DNA of 64,000 nucleotides, from assembly GCF_011745625.1 (NCBI RefSeq), contig NW_027191474.1:62001-126000 (forward strand), given 5' to 3'. The position numbers were made by a program, and so were the translations under genes. The DNA comes from Cladosporium halotolerans. Lineage: Eukaryota. The notes under the pieces were generated by a model. It was not told the origin of the DNA. It did no database searches and was given only the letters and a program-made list of their open reading frames with translations. Shown one piece after another: positions 20,023-31,416 of this stretch (its first letter is position 1; the number at the start of each line of letters is the position of its first letter).

Positions 20023-21823
20023 GGGCTGGCTGGCGCGATGTTTCGGGCGACGGCGCTGCGGGCTGGGAGGTGCGACAGGCCTGAGGCGGCGACGGAGTCC
20101 GGAGAATGCGCGATGGAGAGCCGGATGAGGTGTGAAGCTTCGCCGGCGCGCCGCCAAGCATTGCGGGGCAGCGCGACGAGTGGAGCGGCTGGCTCGGCTG
20201 GCGGCGCTGGAGGAGCGCGAGGAGCGCGAGGAGGGTCTCTGTCTGCACTACCAGCCACCCAGCGGCCACAGAGACGACGCACTGCACGCACTGCACGCAA
20301 TAAATCTCCGGCACCGCTCGCATGCTGCTATTCACGTACGCGGCATTGCATGCACCGCGTGAGAATGACCGGCCCGCCAAGCACGTCGCCGCGTACGCTC
20401 CACTCAGCTCGCCGTCCAGCCGCCAGTACCAACACTCTGCCACACCCGCGCCGCACACCGCATTGTATACCACGCCCTCCTGCGCCGACCGCAAGGGAAA
20501 TGCTTGCGCGGCCAGGCCGCGTGCGCAAAGCAAGTAAGCCGCCCTGCGTTGTGGTGTTCATAACCATGGGTAGGATGCTTCAGCATTGCATTGTTGCGGT
20601 GTACAGTGTACAGTGTTCCTATACAGTGTACAGTACCTCCAGCACAAGCAGTCAGCGAGGCTGAGCTCTGAATGTCTCACGTGGTCGCAGAGCCTCTTCC
20701 TCTCTGGGCTGAGGATCAGGACCAACAGGACCAACATCGCGTCGTTCCACTCTTGCTATTCTCGCCCATTGCGGTGCCATTACACTCGTCCAATCGAAGA
20801 CATCACTCCCTTACTCCAACCTCGCTGTCTCGTCCTCCAGCAGTGGCCATGCACTCACTGCGCTGCAGTGCTGCCGTTCCGCGGAGAGAGGTCGACGTCG
20901 GTGGTCGGTGTTTCGGACCCCGACCACCGACGTTTGACTCCATCCATCCACCTTTCCAGAAGATCTCCAGGGTCGATGATGCTCTACACATTCTTTGAAT
21001 CATGCTGCTCTATGTTCGCGCTCTCACAGTATTGGATGAAATGTTAGCTCTTGTCGGCCCACACATTGACGTCCTGCAGCGTCGTTCACCGGCTGCTGTC
21101 TGCCGGTCTCCACGCTGCATGAACATCACCGTTGCGCGTTAGGTCTTTGGTGTGGCCAGCATTGCCACCGAACGGTCTGTTTGTGCCATCTTCTCGTGTC
21201 TCTTTTGACTTCTGCAAGCACTACCGTTTCAAGCCGGTCCTCTTGATTTACTCGAGAAAAAGCAAATCGTCCACACCCGACAGCCTATCAACCTCGAACC
21301 CCGCTTGCCAGTGCAACTGCCCGATGCAGGATGCAGCTTTCTACCTGCGAGCTCTATACAGCCTTCGGGCCAAGAAAACCGCTCCGCGAACAGAACCTGC
21401 TGCAGCAATCCTGACACCATGATGAACGACCTCTGACGCACGGATCACACACCAGACGCGAACTCACAGCGCGTCACCAAGCTCAAGCAGCATTTCGGCT
21501 CAACAGGACCAAGCAGTTCGCAGAACTCTCTCTTCGTGTACACTGATCAGAGCGCCGCGGTAAATCTCGGATCTTCAACACCCTCCTTCCTTGTCGCCTG
21601 CCTTCGCTCCCGCCCGCTCGACCATCCGACTGCCCTTTCCTGAAATCTCCCTGGTCTACCAAAGCCAAAGCACATCAACTCCCCCCTACGCCCTCGCCAT
21701 GTTGCGCAAGGACGTAAACCAAAGCCCATCAAACGCTCGCCCCTTCCCAAACCAAATCCTCAGCCCTCACTTCACATCCGCCAAGCCCCCCTCTGCCCTC
21801 ATCCAAACAGCAACATCTTCCCT

Positions 21824-21921
21824 TCCGATGTGGTCTAGTGGCTAGGATTTGTCGCTCTCAATCTTCGGTTCATTCCAGGATCAGTGCCGACAAGGCCGGG
21901 GTTCAATTCCCCGCGTCGGAA
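21824..21921 (+). tRNA. tRNA-Glu(CTC) with 26-nt intron (21861-21886)
   Basis: TCCGATG TGGTCTAGTGGCTAGGAT T TGTCG-CTCTCA[intron]C-CGACA ... GGTTCAATTCC CCG CGTCGGA A, with T-runs downstream. Confidence 0.95.
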
Positions 21922-23405
21922 TCGTGTTCTTTTGATCTTTTTGGTGATTGATGCGAGGCAGGAAGACCTTTTTGAGGAAGATTTTTGCATCTGAAGACTG
22001 GGATGGGATGGGGAGGGGCGTTCTAGGAAGTCTCTTGGAGATGCCATTTCGGTTCAAGATCCGTACGATGACTAGAAAATAGGCACACTGTTCAGACTGA
22101 CTGGTGGACGGCTGTACTCCGCGAGAGAGAGTGGCTAATTCTAAGCAAGCGTACTTCATGAAGTACCTCAGCACTCCGTATCTGTACCTTAGACATCACC
22201 ACGGATACCATTGCGGGGAGTTTTTTCCAGTGATGCTCAACGCCTGAACGGAAGATTAGGGTTGAGGTTGTGATTTGAGTATACACTATGTACGCTTGAT
22301 ATCTGATGGATTTCCTCAAGGCAAGCAAAAACTTTGTATGGTAGGGAATTGGCGCCGCTCGAGATAGGAGCGATCCCCCCGGTCGGATTGTACATGTCTG
22401 GTGAGGCTGTCGTGAGGTGAGGTCAAGAGGATCGCTTTCAGCGGAAATCGTTGTTTTGATCTGCTTGTCTGACAGGCTCTTTTCCCCTTTTTTTTTCTTA
22501 CTCGAGATCGAATGCGCTCCTTGCGGAAAATATTCTATTGATTATCCTTGGGCCGAGAAAACTTGGCGTTCGAATGTAGGTGTGAGCACATCGCCGGTCG
22601 GGGATGATACTAGTCGCGGTTGTGGGAGTGCGGATGCAGGCACACAAGGACATTCTCGAGCTGCCTCTCCTTTTTTCATGTGTCCGTGAAGAGCTGAAGC
22701 AGCCATACAGCTCCGTTGGCAGACCTTTTCACGGCACTCCGAAATCCCTCGCACCAGCCACGACCATCATAAACCCCGCCTCCGCCGTGTGAAAGCTCTT
22801 CCCACCCACACCCTTCTCCTGCCATCTCGCGCCATCGCGCAAGATCAAACAGATGAAAGGACCTGTCAGACATACCGCCAAACCCTCCCAGACCAGCCGG
22901 CCGAAGCCAGACACTGGACTGGGCTGAGATCATCGCCGCGCAGACAGGCTGCGCACGTCGGCATCACTCTTGGGCTCGGGGCATCGGCTCATCAGCCAGG
23001 TTGGAGTCTGTGGCTCATGTAGAGAACACAGTTATGGACGTTTACTATAGAAATGATTCTATGAAGTCTAGGAGGAACTGTTAGCAGGGCGCAGGCGAAA
23101 GCGTAGGGCTGGTTGGGTGAACTCACAAAGTCGCGTGAAGAAAAGAAAGCAGAGATTGGCGGCTGGAAAGAAGTTCTTATACTCGCGGCGTGAGCGCCAA
23201 GACCTGGCTGCGGCGCGCGGCTTCACTACGGCGCCCGGGGGAGCTTCCGCGCTCTGAGCGTCATCTCCAAACGCCGAACGCCTTCACTTACAGTACTTAC
23301 AGGTCGACAACAATTGGAGGCCGAGTATTGCTGTCTTGCTTTTCGCGACGTTTTACACAAGCTCATCGACGACAGCCCAATCTCACCATCATAGCCACAG
23401 CCAAC

Positions 23406-24890
23406 ATGGCTCACAATGCTGGTGTGTCGGCGCCTACTTTCGAACTAGAGGCTTGGAGCAGCAACTACACACCCCCACTACACCCTCTACGCCTCGCCCA
23501 CGTCGCCGGCAATTGCCCACCTCTCGCACAGCAAGCCCTGCAAATAGCGATCACTTCTACCAAGAATGGCAAAGATGTCGCCCTCTACACGCGCCTCGTC
23601 GGCCTCGCCAAGAAGCTGGGTTTCAACGAGCTGGCCGAGCTGGACACAGAATGGGTTGACAGGACTGAAGACGCCAACAAGCGCGAGAGCAGCAGGCTGG
23701 AACAAGAGCTGAAGGGATACAAGAATAACCTCATCAGGGAGAGCATCCGAATGGGTCAGGAGGATCTCGCAACACACATGCTTCTCACCGGCGGGCCCGC
23801 ACCGTTGCCTGCCTCAGAGAACGAGCCGCCTCAGAGCGCGCAGACAGTCGGCTTGAATGCTGCCTACAGTGCGTTCGGCAAGATGCGTGACTACTGCACC
23901 ACACCGACCCACGTCGCGAGTATGACCCTGCGACTGCTCCTCACCGCGTTCGTCCAAGCCGTTTCTGCCCAACAGACCGGCTCCGCCGCCACAGGCCACT
24001 TCAACGCCGTCCTCGCCAACAGCAACCGCCTCCGCAGCGTCGGCGTGAAAGACGAGGAACTGGCCAAACTCCAACCAATCTCCGCCTCAGCAAACGGCAT
24101 CGCCTTCCTAGGCACCGGCAACTACCGCGACGCCGCCGAGTCCTTCCTCTCCGTTTCTTTCGACCTCACCACCAACGGCCCCATCCACAACTTCGACTTC
24201 ACCCGCGCCGTTGCCAGCGCAAACGACATCGCCATCTACGGCGGCCTGACCGCCCTCGCCACCCTCACCCGCGAAGACCTCTCCCGCCGCGTCCTCGGCG
24301 GCCCCTTCCGCGCCTTCCTCGAGCTCGAACCGCACATGCGCAAAGCCATCTCCCTCTTCACGACCGCCAAGTACCGCGCCTGCCTCGACACCCTGCAGCG
24401 CTACTACTCCGACTGGAACCTCGATGTCTTCCTCGGCGGCCCCGCGGGCCACACGCACGGCCGCACGCACGTCGACGCGCTCCTCGCGCACATCCGGCAG
24501 AAGAGCATCACCTCGCACGTCGCGTCCTACTCGCAAATCACCCTCTCCTCGCTCGCCGCCACCTTTCCCCCGCCGCCGACCTCGCAAGCCACCACGCCCG
24601 AAGCCGCGCTCGAAGAGGAAATCACAACCCTCATCCAAACCGCCGCGCTGCCCTTCCGCCTCGACCTGGTGAGCGGCACGCTGGTGGCGCCGGCCTCGGA
24701 CGCGCGCGCCAAGACGCACGCGGACGCGAGCGCGGCGGCGGACGAGGTGGAGAGGACGCTGTTGCTGAGGCTGCACAGGGTTAATGTTGCGCTGGCGGGG
24801 CTGGAGGTGCAGCCGGAGAAGAGGCAGGGCGGAGGTGTGCCGGGGGTGCCGGAGGGGTGGAGGGGGAGTAGGGGCGTTGCACAGGGGTGA
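23406..24890 (+). CDS. csn1: COP9 signalosome subunit 1 (PCI domain)
   Basis: Motifs LEQELKGYKNNLIRESIRMGQEDL, KMRDYCTT, NDIAIYGGLTALAT and FRAFLELEPHMR. Confidence 0.93.
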   Translation: MAHNAGVSAPTFELEAWSSNYTPPLHPLRLAHVAGNCPPLAQQALQIAITSTKNGKDVALYTRLVGLAKKLGFNELAELDTEWVDRTEDANKRESSRLEQELKGYKNNLIRESIRMGQEDLATHMLLTGGPAPLPASENEPPQSAQTVGLNAAYSAFGKMRDYCTTPTHVASMTLRLLLTAFVQAVSAQQTGSAATGHFNAVLANSNRLRSVGVKDEELAKLQPISASANGIAFLGTGNYRDAAESFLSVSFDLTTNGPIHNFDFTRAVASANDIAIYGGLTALATLTREDLSRRVLGGPFRAFLELEPHMRKAISLFTTAKYRACLDTLQRYYSDWNLDVFLGGPAGHTHGRTHVDALLAHIRQKSITSHVASYSQITLSSLAATFPPPPTSQATTPEAALEEEITTLIQTAALPFRLDLVSGTLVAPASDARAKTHADASAAADEVERTLLLRLHRVNVALAGLEVQPEKRQGGGVPGVPEGWRGSRGVAQG

Positions 24891-25862
24891 GGGTTGGGAT
24901 GTTGTTGTGGGGATGATTGATCTTGGTGTGGGGTTTGCTGGTGGGATTGGGAGGGGTTTGTTAGGGAGCGTGGCGTCTGGGGTTTGGGGTTTCAAATTTG
25001 GGACGGAGCATGTCTCTGTGATTGCTCGCTCTTGTTGAAGAGCTGAGGCATCGCTGGCGAGTGGATTATTGCATGAATTGGCGTAAAAGCCTTCCGCGCT
25101 CGAGCAGAGCGCAAGAGTAGAGTGCATAGCATAGCTGCGACGAAAAACGAAAGTAATGAAATTGACGAATTGAACTGCCTCTTCCACATATACCAGCTCT
25201 CGGTCTACGCCACCACATCACATTGAAACTGGAGCCTCACTCGATGTTGCGCCAAGAACTCATGGATTGGAGCATGGAGTTATTGGTGGTCAGCCAGACA
25301 CCCGTGTACTTCTCGCAAGACGCTTCAGGCACCAGGCGAACATCAAGCCTTTCGACCCTCGATTCGTTTCACGCAACATGAGAAGCTTCTTCGTATCCTT
25401 TGCCTTGCTTCCTGCTGCACCAATGGAGTCTCCGTGGAGCGTAGTGCGTCCGCGGCAGTACGTACGTTCGTTGAAGCGGCTCCTTGGACGATTTGGACTC
25501 CAGAGACCGCTTCGGAGACATAGTGCGGCTTTGAATTGCTGCATACTTCAATTCTCAAGGGACAGCTTGCAGCGCGCATGAACCGGCGCCGGCGAACGAT
25601 GTGGCGGAAGAACTCGCACTACGCCCGACAGCAAGGCATATCACAACGCCCGGAACGGCACATTGTTCTCGGACAGAGGTCATGCATATCGTCACATTTG
25701 GTCGATTGCCCAGTCTGAGAGCTGGCAGCTCCAATATGCGCTCATACATTCCTGTCCGGTCGCCGGTGGCTGACGCGTACACGAGGAGATCCCAGGCGAC
25801 TGCTTCGTCGTAGTCGAGACAGGCTTGTCAAGAAACTTGCAATTCCTTGAGCCCGCGATTGG

Positions 25863-27288
25863 TCAAGTTGGCAAGTGGATATAGTCGTCGTCCCAGAGAG
25901 GAGGTGGATACTCCGGCATAAGCGTCCAGTCCAGCTCGGGATCGAAGAGCATGTCATCCGAGAACTCTCCACCAGTATCCAGCGGCAAAATTGCATCATC
26001 CAAAAAGCCCTGGCCATGAGTCTCCGAGTCATCCGGGGTGATATCGAGGTTCAAAAGCAGAGCCTACGGCGCACCTGTGCCAATGTCAGCGTTTCGCTGG
26101 CAGATTCGGTCAGAGGTGAAGCAACTCACATCGCGTGTACCAGTGCCTTCGAGTAGTATGCGGTATCCTCTCCCCTTTGATCCTCCGCCTTTGCTTTTTC
26201 ATATATCGACCGATCGACTATATGGGAGAAAGGATTCTCGAAGTCGAAGAAATGGTTCACGAGTTGCTCCTCCAGCTTTTCAGGCACTTGCAGCGCAGAG
26301 CAATTGTGGCCAGTAGATGAGAGCACACAAGTAGCTGTAGTGGCATGCTGAGTCGTAGCGCCCGGAACGCTCGCTTCGCCAACATTGGGGATAGCAGACG
26401 GTCCGTGAAGTTTAGTCCGGCCAGCAGGTCCAATCGTCAAAGTGCCAACACGGTGCGACAGTTCATCGATGAGGCTCTCATGGCTTTCTTCGTTGCCAGC
26501 GCTGTTTTCGTTGCTTGTTCCGGCAAAGTCCTCCAGCATCGGCAGCGTCGCATTTTGACAAGCACCGAGAAGGCCGACATCGTAGTCGTCCGTAAGCGGT
26601 GATCTTTGCGAAGCGAGCAGCTGACGCGTGTTTTCTGGTAGCCATGCATCATAGCTGTCCCACGGGCTCCCATAATCGTCAATGAGACGGCTCTCTTCAA
26701 GGTCAATTGGCGGACTGCTCGGTTTCTGAGTCGAATCTTGCTGAGATTCAGAATGCTGTGCTCGCACTCCTGCTTCGTCAGGATGCTGCGAGACTTTCGT
26801 CTGTCGTTCCGTCCCCATGAGATCTTTGACAGCTTCATGGTAACCCATATTGCCGAGGATTGTCTTCAAAGTCAGAGCTTCCTCCTCCGCCATAGGTGGC
26901 GTTTGAAGGCCATTGTCGGTCATGAATCGGCGCAGCTCGACCACTCGGCCCGAGAGGAGGTCGATTGCTACTCGAAGTGGCAGTCTGTATAGGTTTCTGT
27001 CAGCCTACGGCCACAGTGCCATGCTAGTATCGTGCCAGATGCGACGCATAAGCTCAGTGCGAGCTCTTTAGACATACTTTCTTTTGTCCAGATTACGGTA
27101 AACACAGAGACGATTCTTCCTGCTACAATTTGAGCAGATTGGCGTCGCACCATTGCACTGCAGTCGTTAGCATCTCATCGATACGTGTATCAAGGAAGGT
27201 ATGCACAAACTTTGATCTTGCTGTCCCGGCAGGCATTGCAAGCAAGGGAAGCATGCCTCCGATGGGACGCCGGTCGAGCGGACGTCAT
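25863..27288 (-). pseudogene. Zn(II)2Cys6 transcription factor, truncated at TGA 26029-26031 (352 aa) with an out-of-frame acidic tail; introns 27158-27210, 26985-27077, 26075-26129
   Basis: Spliced CNACRDSKIKCNGATPICSNCSRKNRLC. The fungal TF middle domain starts (LVNHFFDFENP...YYSKALVHAMCAVGSAFEPRYHP) and then stops abruptly. Confidence 0.8.
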
Positions 27289-27734
27289 GGCGGTCTAGTA
27301 GCCTCAGAGCATGCCGCAACCACGGCCATCCACTATTTTCGTCGTTCAATGAGACGCTGGTGCTAGATGGCTTGCGATGTGTTGCAGCGACCCCGATGTG
27401 ACGAAAGGCCGAAGACACCGAAGGGACTTGCGGGGTGAGCTGCGCCGAGGTTTCTTTGTCCACGAGCACAGTAGAAAGTAGGCATCTACAGGATCAATGC
27501 ATAATCCAGCTCGACTATCGGAGTAATTACGAAAGCTTGCTTGAGTAATCATCTGGCTCAAGGCGATTGATGGAAACGAGCAGCTGCGAGCGAATGCGAT
27601 GATGCTCAGTGCATCTGCTCCTCGGAATTCATTTTCCGTCGCCAGACCTCAAAAGCATCTCTTGCGGCCGCCATGCTCGTGACCAAACTCTATAAACAGC
27701 CCCGCCGGGCTCTCCATTTACCCCTACTATCATT

Positions 27735-28742
27735 ATGCTCCAAAACCAGCTCGCCATAGCCAGCGTGTCTCTCGGCCAACACGCAACCCATACTCTCCCC
27801 GATAAAATCTCAGCCGCTGCCGATAACGCGCTCCAAGGTATCGAGATCACATACACCGATCTCCAAAAATACGCGACAAGTCTTGGGATCTCAATCATTG
27901 AAGCTGCTTCTCTCATCGGTCGCCAATGTCTCACAGACAACCTGGCCATCATCGCTTTCGCCCCGTTCGAGAACTTCGAAGGACAGCGAACTCCCCTTGA
28001 AGATCGTATCGCCAAGGCGCAAGAGTGGCTTTCCATCGCAAATGTCCTCGGCGCTGAGCATTTCCAGATCCCTTCCAACTACGACCGCAACGCCAATGGG
28101 GACCGCAGTGTCATCACATCGGAGTTGCGACAGTTAAGCGATCTAGCAAATCAATACAGCCCACCGATCAAGATCGCATACGAGAACTTGGGCTGGGGCA
28201 CGCATTGTAGCTTGTGGCAAGAAGCGATGGATATCGTCAAAGCCGTCGGCCGAGACAACTTCGGTCTATGCCTGGACAGCTTCCATCTTTGTGTTGCGCT
28301 CTGGGCTGACCCATTTGCTCAAAGTGGCGTGAGACCGAATGGGGCCAGAGCGCTTCGGCAATCTTTGCGAGAGTTGGTTCAGCGACTTCCTTTGGAAAAG
28401 CTCTTCTATCTCCAGCTCTCCGATGGCGAGCATCTCGATCCGCCCTATTCCGAAACCCACCCTTGGTTCGACCCTGCGCTCCAACCAGCTCATGTCTGGT
28501 CCAACGAAGCCAGGCCGTTCCCGCTGGAGAAAGATCTCGGAGGCTACATGCCGGTAGAAGAGGTGGCGCGTGCAGTCCTGGTCGAACTTGGCTTCGCGGG
28601 TTGGGTCTCACTCGAGACTTTCGACAGGAGGATGAGGTTGGAGCATAACGGGCCGCAGCAGAATGCAAGAAGAGCGGCGAGGTCATGGCAAGCCCTCGAG
28701 GATGCTTTGAAAAGGCCGAAAGCGGTGACTGGCAAATTGTAG
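27735..28742 (+). CDS. Xylose-isomerase-like TIM-barrel enzyme (AP_endonuc_2), 3-dehydroshikimate dehydratase (qa-4/QutC)-like
   Basis: Motifs GIEI, PFENFEG, IAYENLGWG, NFGLCLDSFH, YLQLSDG, ARPFP and GWVSLETF. Confidence 0.85.
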   Translation: MLQNQLAIASVSLGQHATHTLPDKISAAADNALQGIEITYTDLQKYATSLGISIIEAASLIGRQCLTDNLAIIAFAPFENFEGQRTPLEDRIAKAQEWLSIANVLGAEHFQIPSNYDRNANGDRSVITSELRQLSDLANQYSPPIKIAYENLGWGTHCSLWQEAMDIVKAVGRDNFGLCLDSFHLCVALWADPFAQSGVRPNGARALRQSLRELVQRLPLEKLFYLQLSDGEHLDPPYSETHPWFDPALQPAHVWSNEARPFPLEKDLGGYMPVEEVARAVLVELGFAGWVSLETFDRRMRLEHNGPQQNARRAARSWQALEDALKRPKAVTGKL

Positions 28743-28846
28743 CGCTTGTGGTCAATTGACGTGTTAGCTGTTCGCTTCCACCGAGAACTGCTCGAAACTG
28801 AAATATATATTTACACATTTACTGATTTCTGGTCGTAACAAGCTCA

Positions 28847-30711
28847 TTACAAGATAAAGCATCCCAACAGTAATGACATAACAACTGTCCCAATGCCGAC
28901 CATTACCCTTGGCCCCGCATTACCCGACGCCGCTGTTGTCCCGCCATTCGCACCTGCGTTCCCTTCATCAGGTGCCGGGGAAGACCCGTCTCCAGACTCG
29001 CCTCGGGAGTCACCGTCGGGCCCGCCTGCAGGTTGACTTCCAGGCACATCGCTTGAGTAACCTCCAGACCCGCCTGCAGCACCACCTTCGTTACTTGCCG
29101 CTGGAGAGCTACCAGACATCTGAGCCGAGTTCGGTGTCGTGAGAATCGGAGTCTGCGTCGCCTTCGTCTCCCGGTACGCCGTAGGATCCATTGAAGGCCC
29201 CTGTATCTCTTCGCTCGAGCTCCCAAGAGACACAGATGGCAGGTTTTCAGGCGCAGCTGTAGGCGATATCGTGGGCTGCTGGGCTGGTGAGTCACCAGGT
29301 TGCGCGTCTGAGCTGGTCTCTTCTGGCAAGGAGGAAGAGTAGGTTGGCAGGTCCAAGGAAGACTCGGAGGTCATGAGGCGCGGAGGATCGTAGAGGCCGT
29401 CAAGGCCGAGGAGGCTGTGAGGGGTCAGTCAGCAGGTGCTTGATACTGTTTAGCGGCAAGGGTGTGTTCATACCAGCTCTCAAAAGCAGGGTCGATGGCT
29501 CTCATCTGAGGCGGGACAGCGAGCCTAGGCCGGTACTTCTCGTCGATAATGGTGCTGCAGAAGCCGAGTCCTCCGCCGAAAACGCCGTTTAAGACGTCGC
29601 CGTCAGCCAGTGGGCTGCCGCTGGAATCGCAATCCGCTTGGCAGAGGTAGGCGCTCGCTGGCACGGGCGGAATGAGATCAGCGTAATTGAACGGATATGC
29701 TGCGTGGGTCATCTGGAAGTGATAGCCGCTGACGGAGTAGATGTCCGAGGAAGCGACGGTCACGACGCCGTTAGAATAGGTTCCTCCCACTCTACCGCAA
29801 CTATTTGTGGCGTAGAGAGTGTTGTACGAGATGTAAGCTCTGTTAGAGTAGAAGGTGGTGCTGTTGATGACTGTACTTGGTCCGCTATCGGTAGTGGTTG
29901 GATGGCCGGTGTTGATGTATAGACATGGTTGTGTGGCGAAGCCATGCATGGTATCGTTATTGGCGTAGGTTGGTCCGTACGGGCAAATGACAGAGGAGGC
30001 CGGCGCAGTCGCACACATGTCTTTGGAAGTCTTGGTGGAAAGGGGAAAGAACAAAAGCTGAACGCTGTCTCCATGCAGGGTGCATTCGCCGCAGGCTTTG
30101 TTCGAGAGGCCTGGAACGTAGCAACGCGGCATGACCGGGGAGTCGCCGGGAGGAGCGTCGGGGTATTTCGACAACGATGACATGAAGCTACTCGTGGCAG
30201 ATAAGTATGACTTTTGTAGCCAGGTGCAGTCAGATGGCTGCACGCTACAAGATGGAGCCGGGCCGGAATAAGTGATGGTTGGTACGCCCTCGGTCAAAGT
30301 GCTACCGATAGAAGCGGGCGTGAGGGAGCCCACGACACGCACGCGTCCATCGCAAAGACGTGTCGTCGGAGCCGTGAAATGTGTCGTGTTCGTCCATGTC
30401 GAAGCATACGGGCTGTCGCCAGTAGGGGTGATGCCGTAGCTCAAGATAGTATCATATATGGCAGATTCGCTGTTGCAGGCCATAGCATAGGACGTTCCCG
30501 AGCCAGTGGCCGGCACTGTCCAGGTGGGCAAAGGAAGCGATGAAGTGTTTGCGCCATCTTGTGAGTTGCTATTGCGCTTCACGATATGTTTCCCGAGTCC
30601 AGGGAGAGGCGCCGATGCTGACTTCGGTTGGCTCGCGCTGTTAGCCGCAAGGACGGGTGCAGACAGCCATATCGTCCAGGAAATCGCGAGCGAGCCAACC
30701 CTTGTTATCAT
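28847..30711 (-). CDS. Secreted, probably GPI-anchored Ser/Thr/Cys-rich protein of unknown function; intron 29415-29473
   Basis: Signal peptide, Cys-rich core ending YRPRLAVP..IDPAFESC...GLYDPP after splicing, low-complexity stalk and hydrophobic C-terminus. Confidence 0.8.
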
Positions 30712-31416
30712 AGCCGGCACATGTGGAGATTAATGATAGTGTACAAGAATAAATCGGAGACTTAGCGATCATGTAAAAAGATGGGGGCGCAGCTGCACGC
30801 GCACGTGTGGGAGACGTGCGCGTACAGCTACAAGGGGGGCATGCAGTGCGGAGGTGGAGTGAAATTAAGGTTTTGTAGAGTTCTTGCCAGTGCTAAAACT
30901 CTAACAACGCTACGGATCCGGTCTAGAATTGGCAGCAAGCATTTTTGTATCAAAGCGTTGGGTTACGATGGGAGAGTCAGCCAAATTAGTCTTAGCAGGA
31001 TGAGGCTATCGCAAAGTTTACAGGGACGTGCGAACCAGGCGCCCGCAAAAAGCGCAGCGATAAGATGATGTCATGAGACTACTAAGACCCATTACGCCCA
31101 TGTACCAAAGATAGGCACCTGTGTGCTGGTCTGGAGCATGCACTCACGCGCCGGCGGCTCCAAACCAGTGGGACCGAGCGGCAGTGATGAGTTTGATAAT
31201 CTTGCCCGCACCGACAAAAGCGCTCCCGACGATGGGCTCATGCTTCAATGATATCTCCTGGTGGCGTGCAAGGTAACTTCACCGCATCCAGTTTTTTCTT
31301 ACAATCGTATATCGACTGTCATCATGCAGAAACCAATGATGACATTTTAGGTGATCTTGCGGGCATGCAGATATAACGTCAATATTTACAATCTATAGAT
31401 ATACACACTTTTGAAA

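Noticed and set aside
20650..21700. Coding-like composition upstream of tRNA-Glu (also 6860-7330, 10300-12300, 25200-25800, 44800-45400, 61900-62450)
   Set aside because: Interrupted frames with no identifiable motif; BLASTX is needed before calling pseudogenes.
23190..23405. N-terminal extension of CSN1 in the ORF track
   Set aside because: It starts at GTG. The first ATG in good context (CAACATGG) is at 23406.
28731..28742. C-terminal GKL of the dehydratase as a peroxisomal PTS1
   Set aside because: Non-canonical tripeptide that cannot be supported without ortholog conservation.
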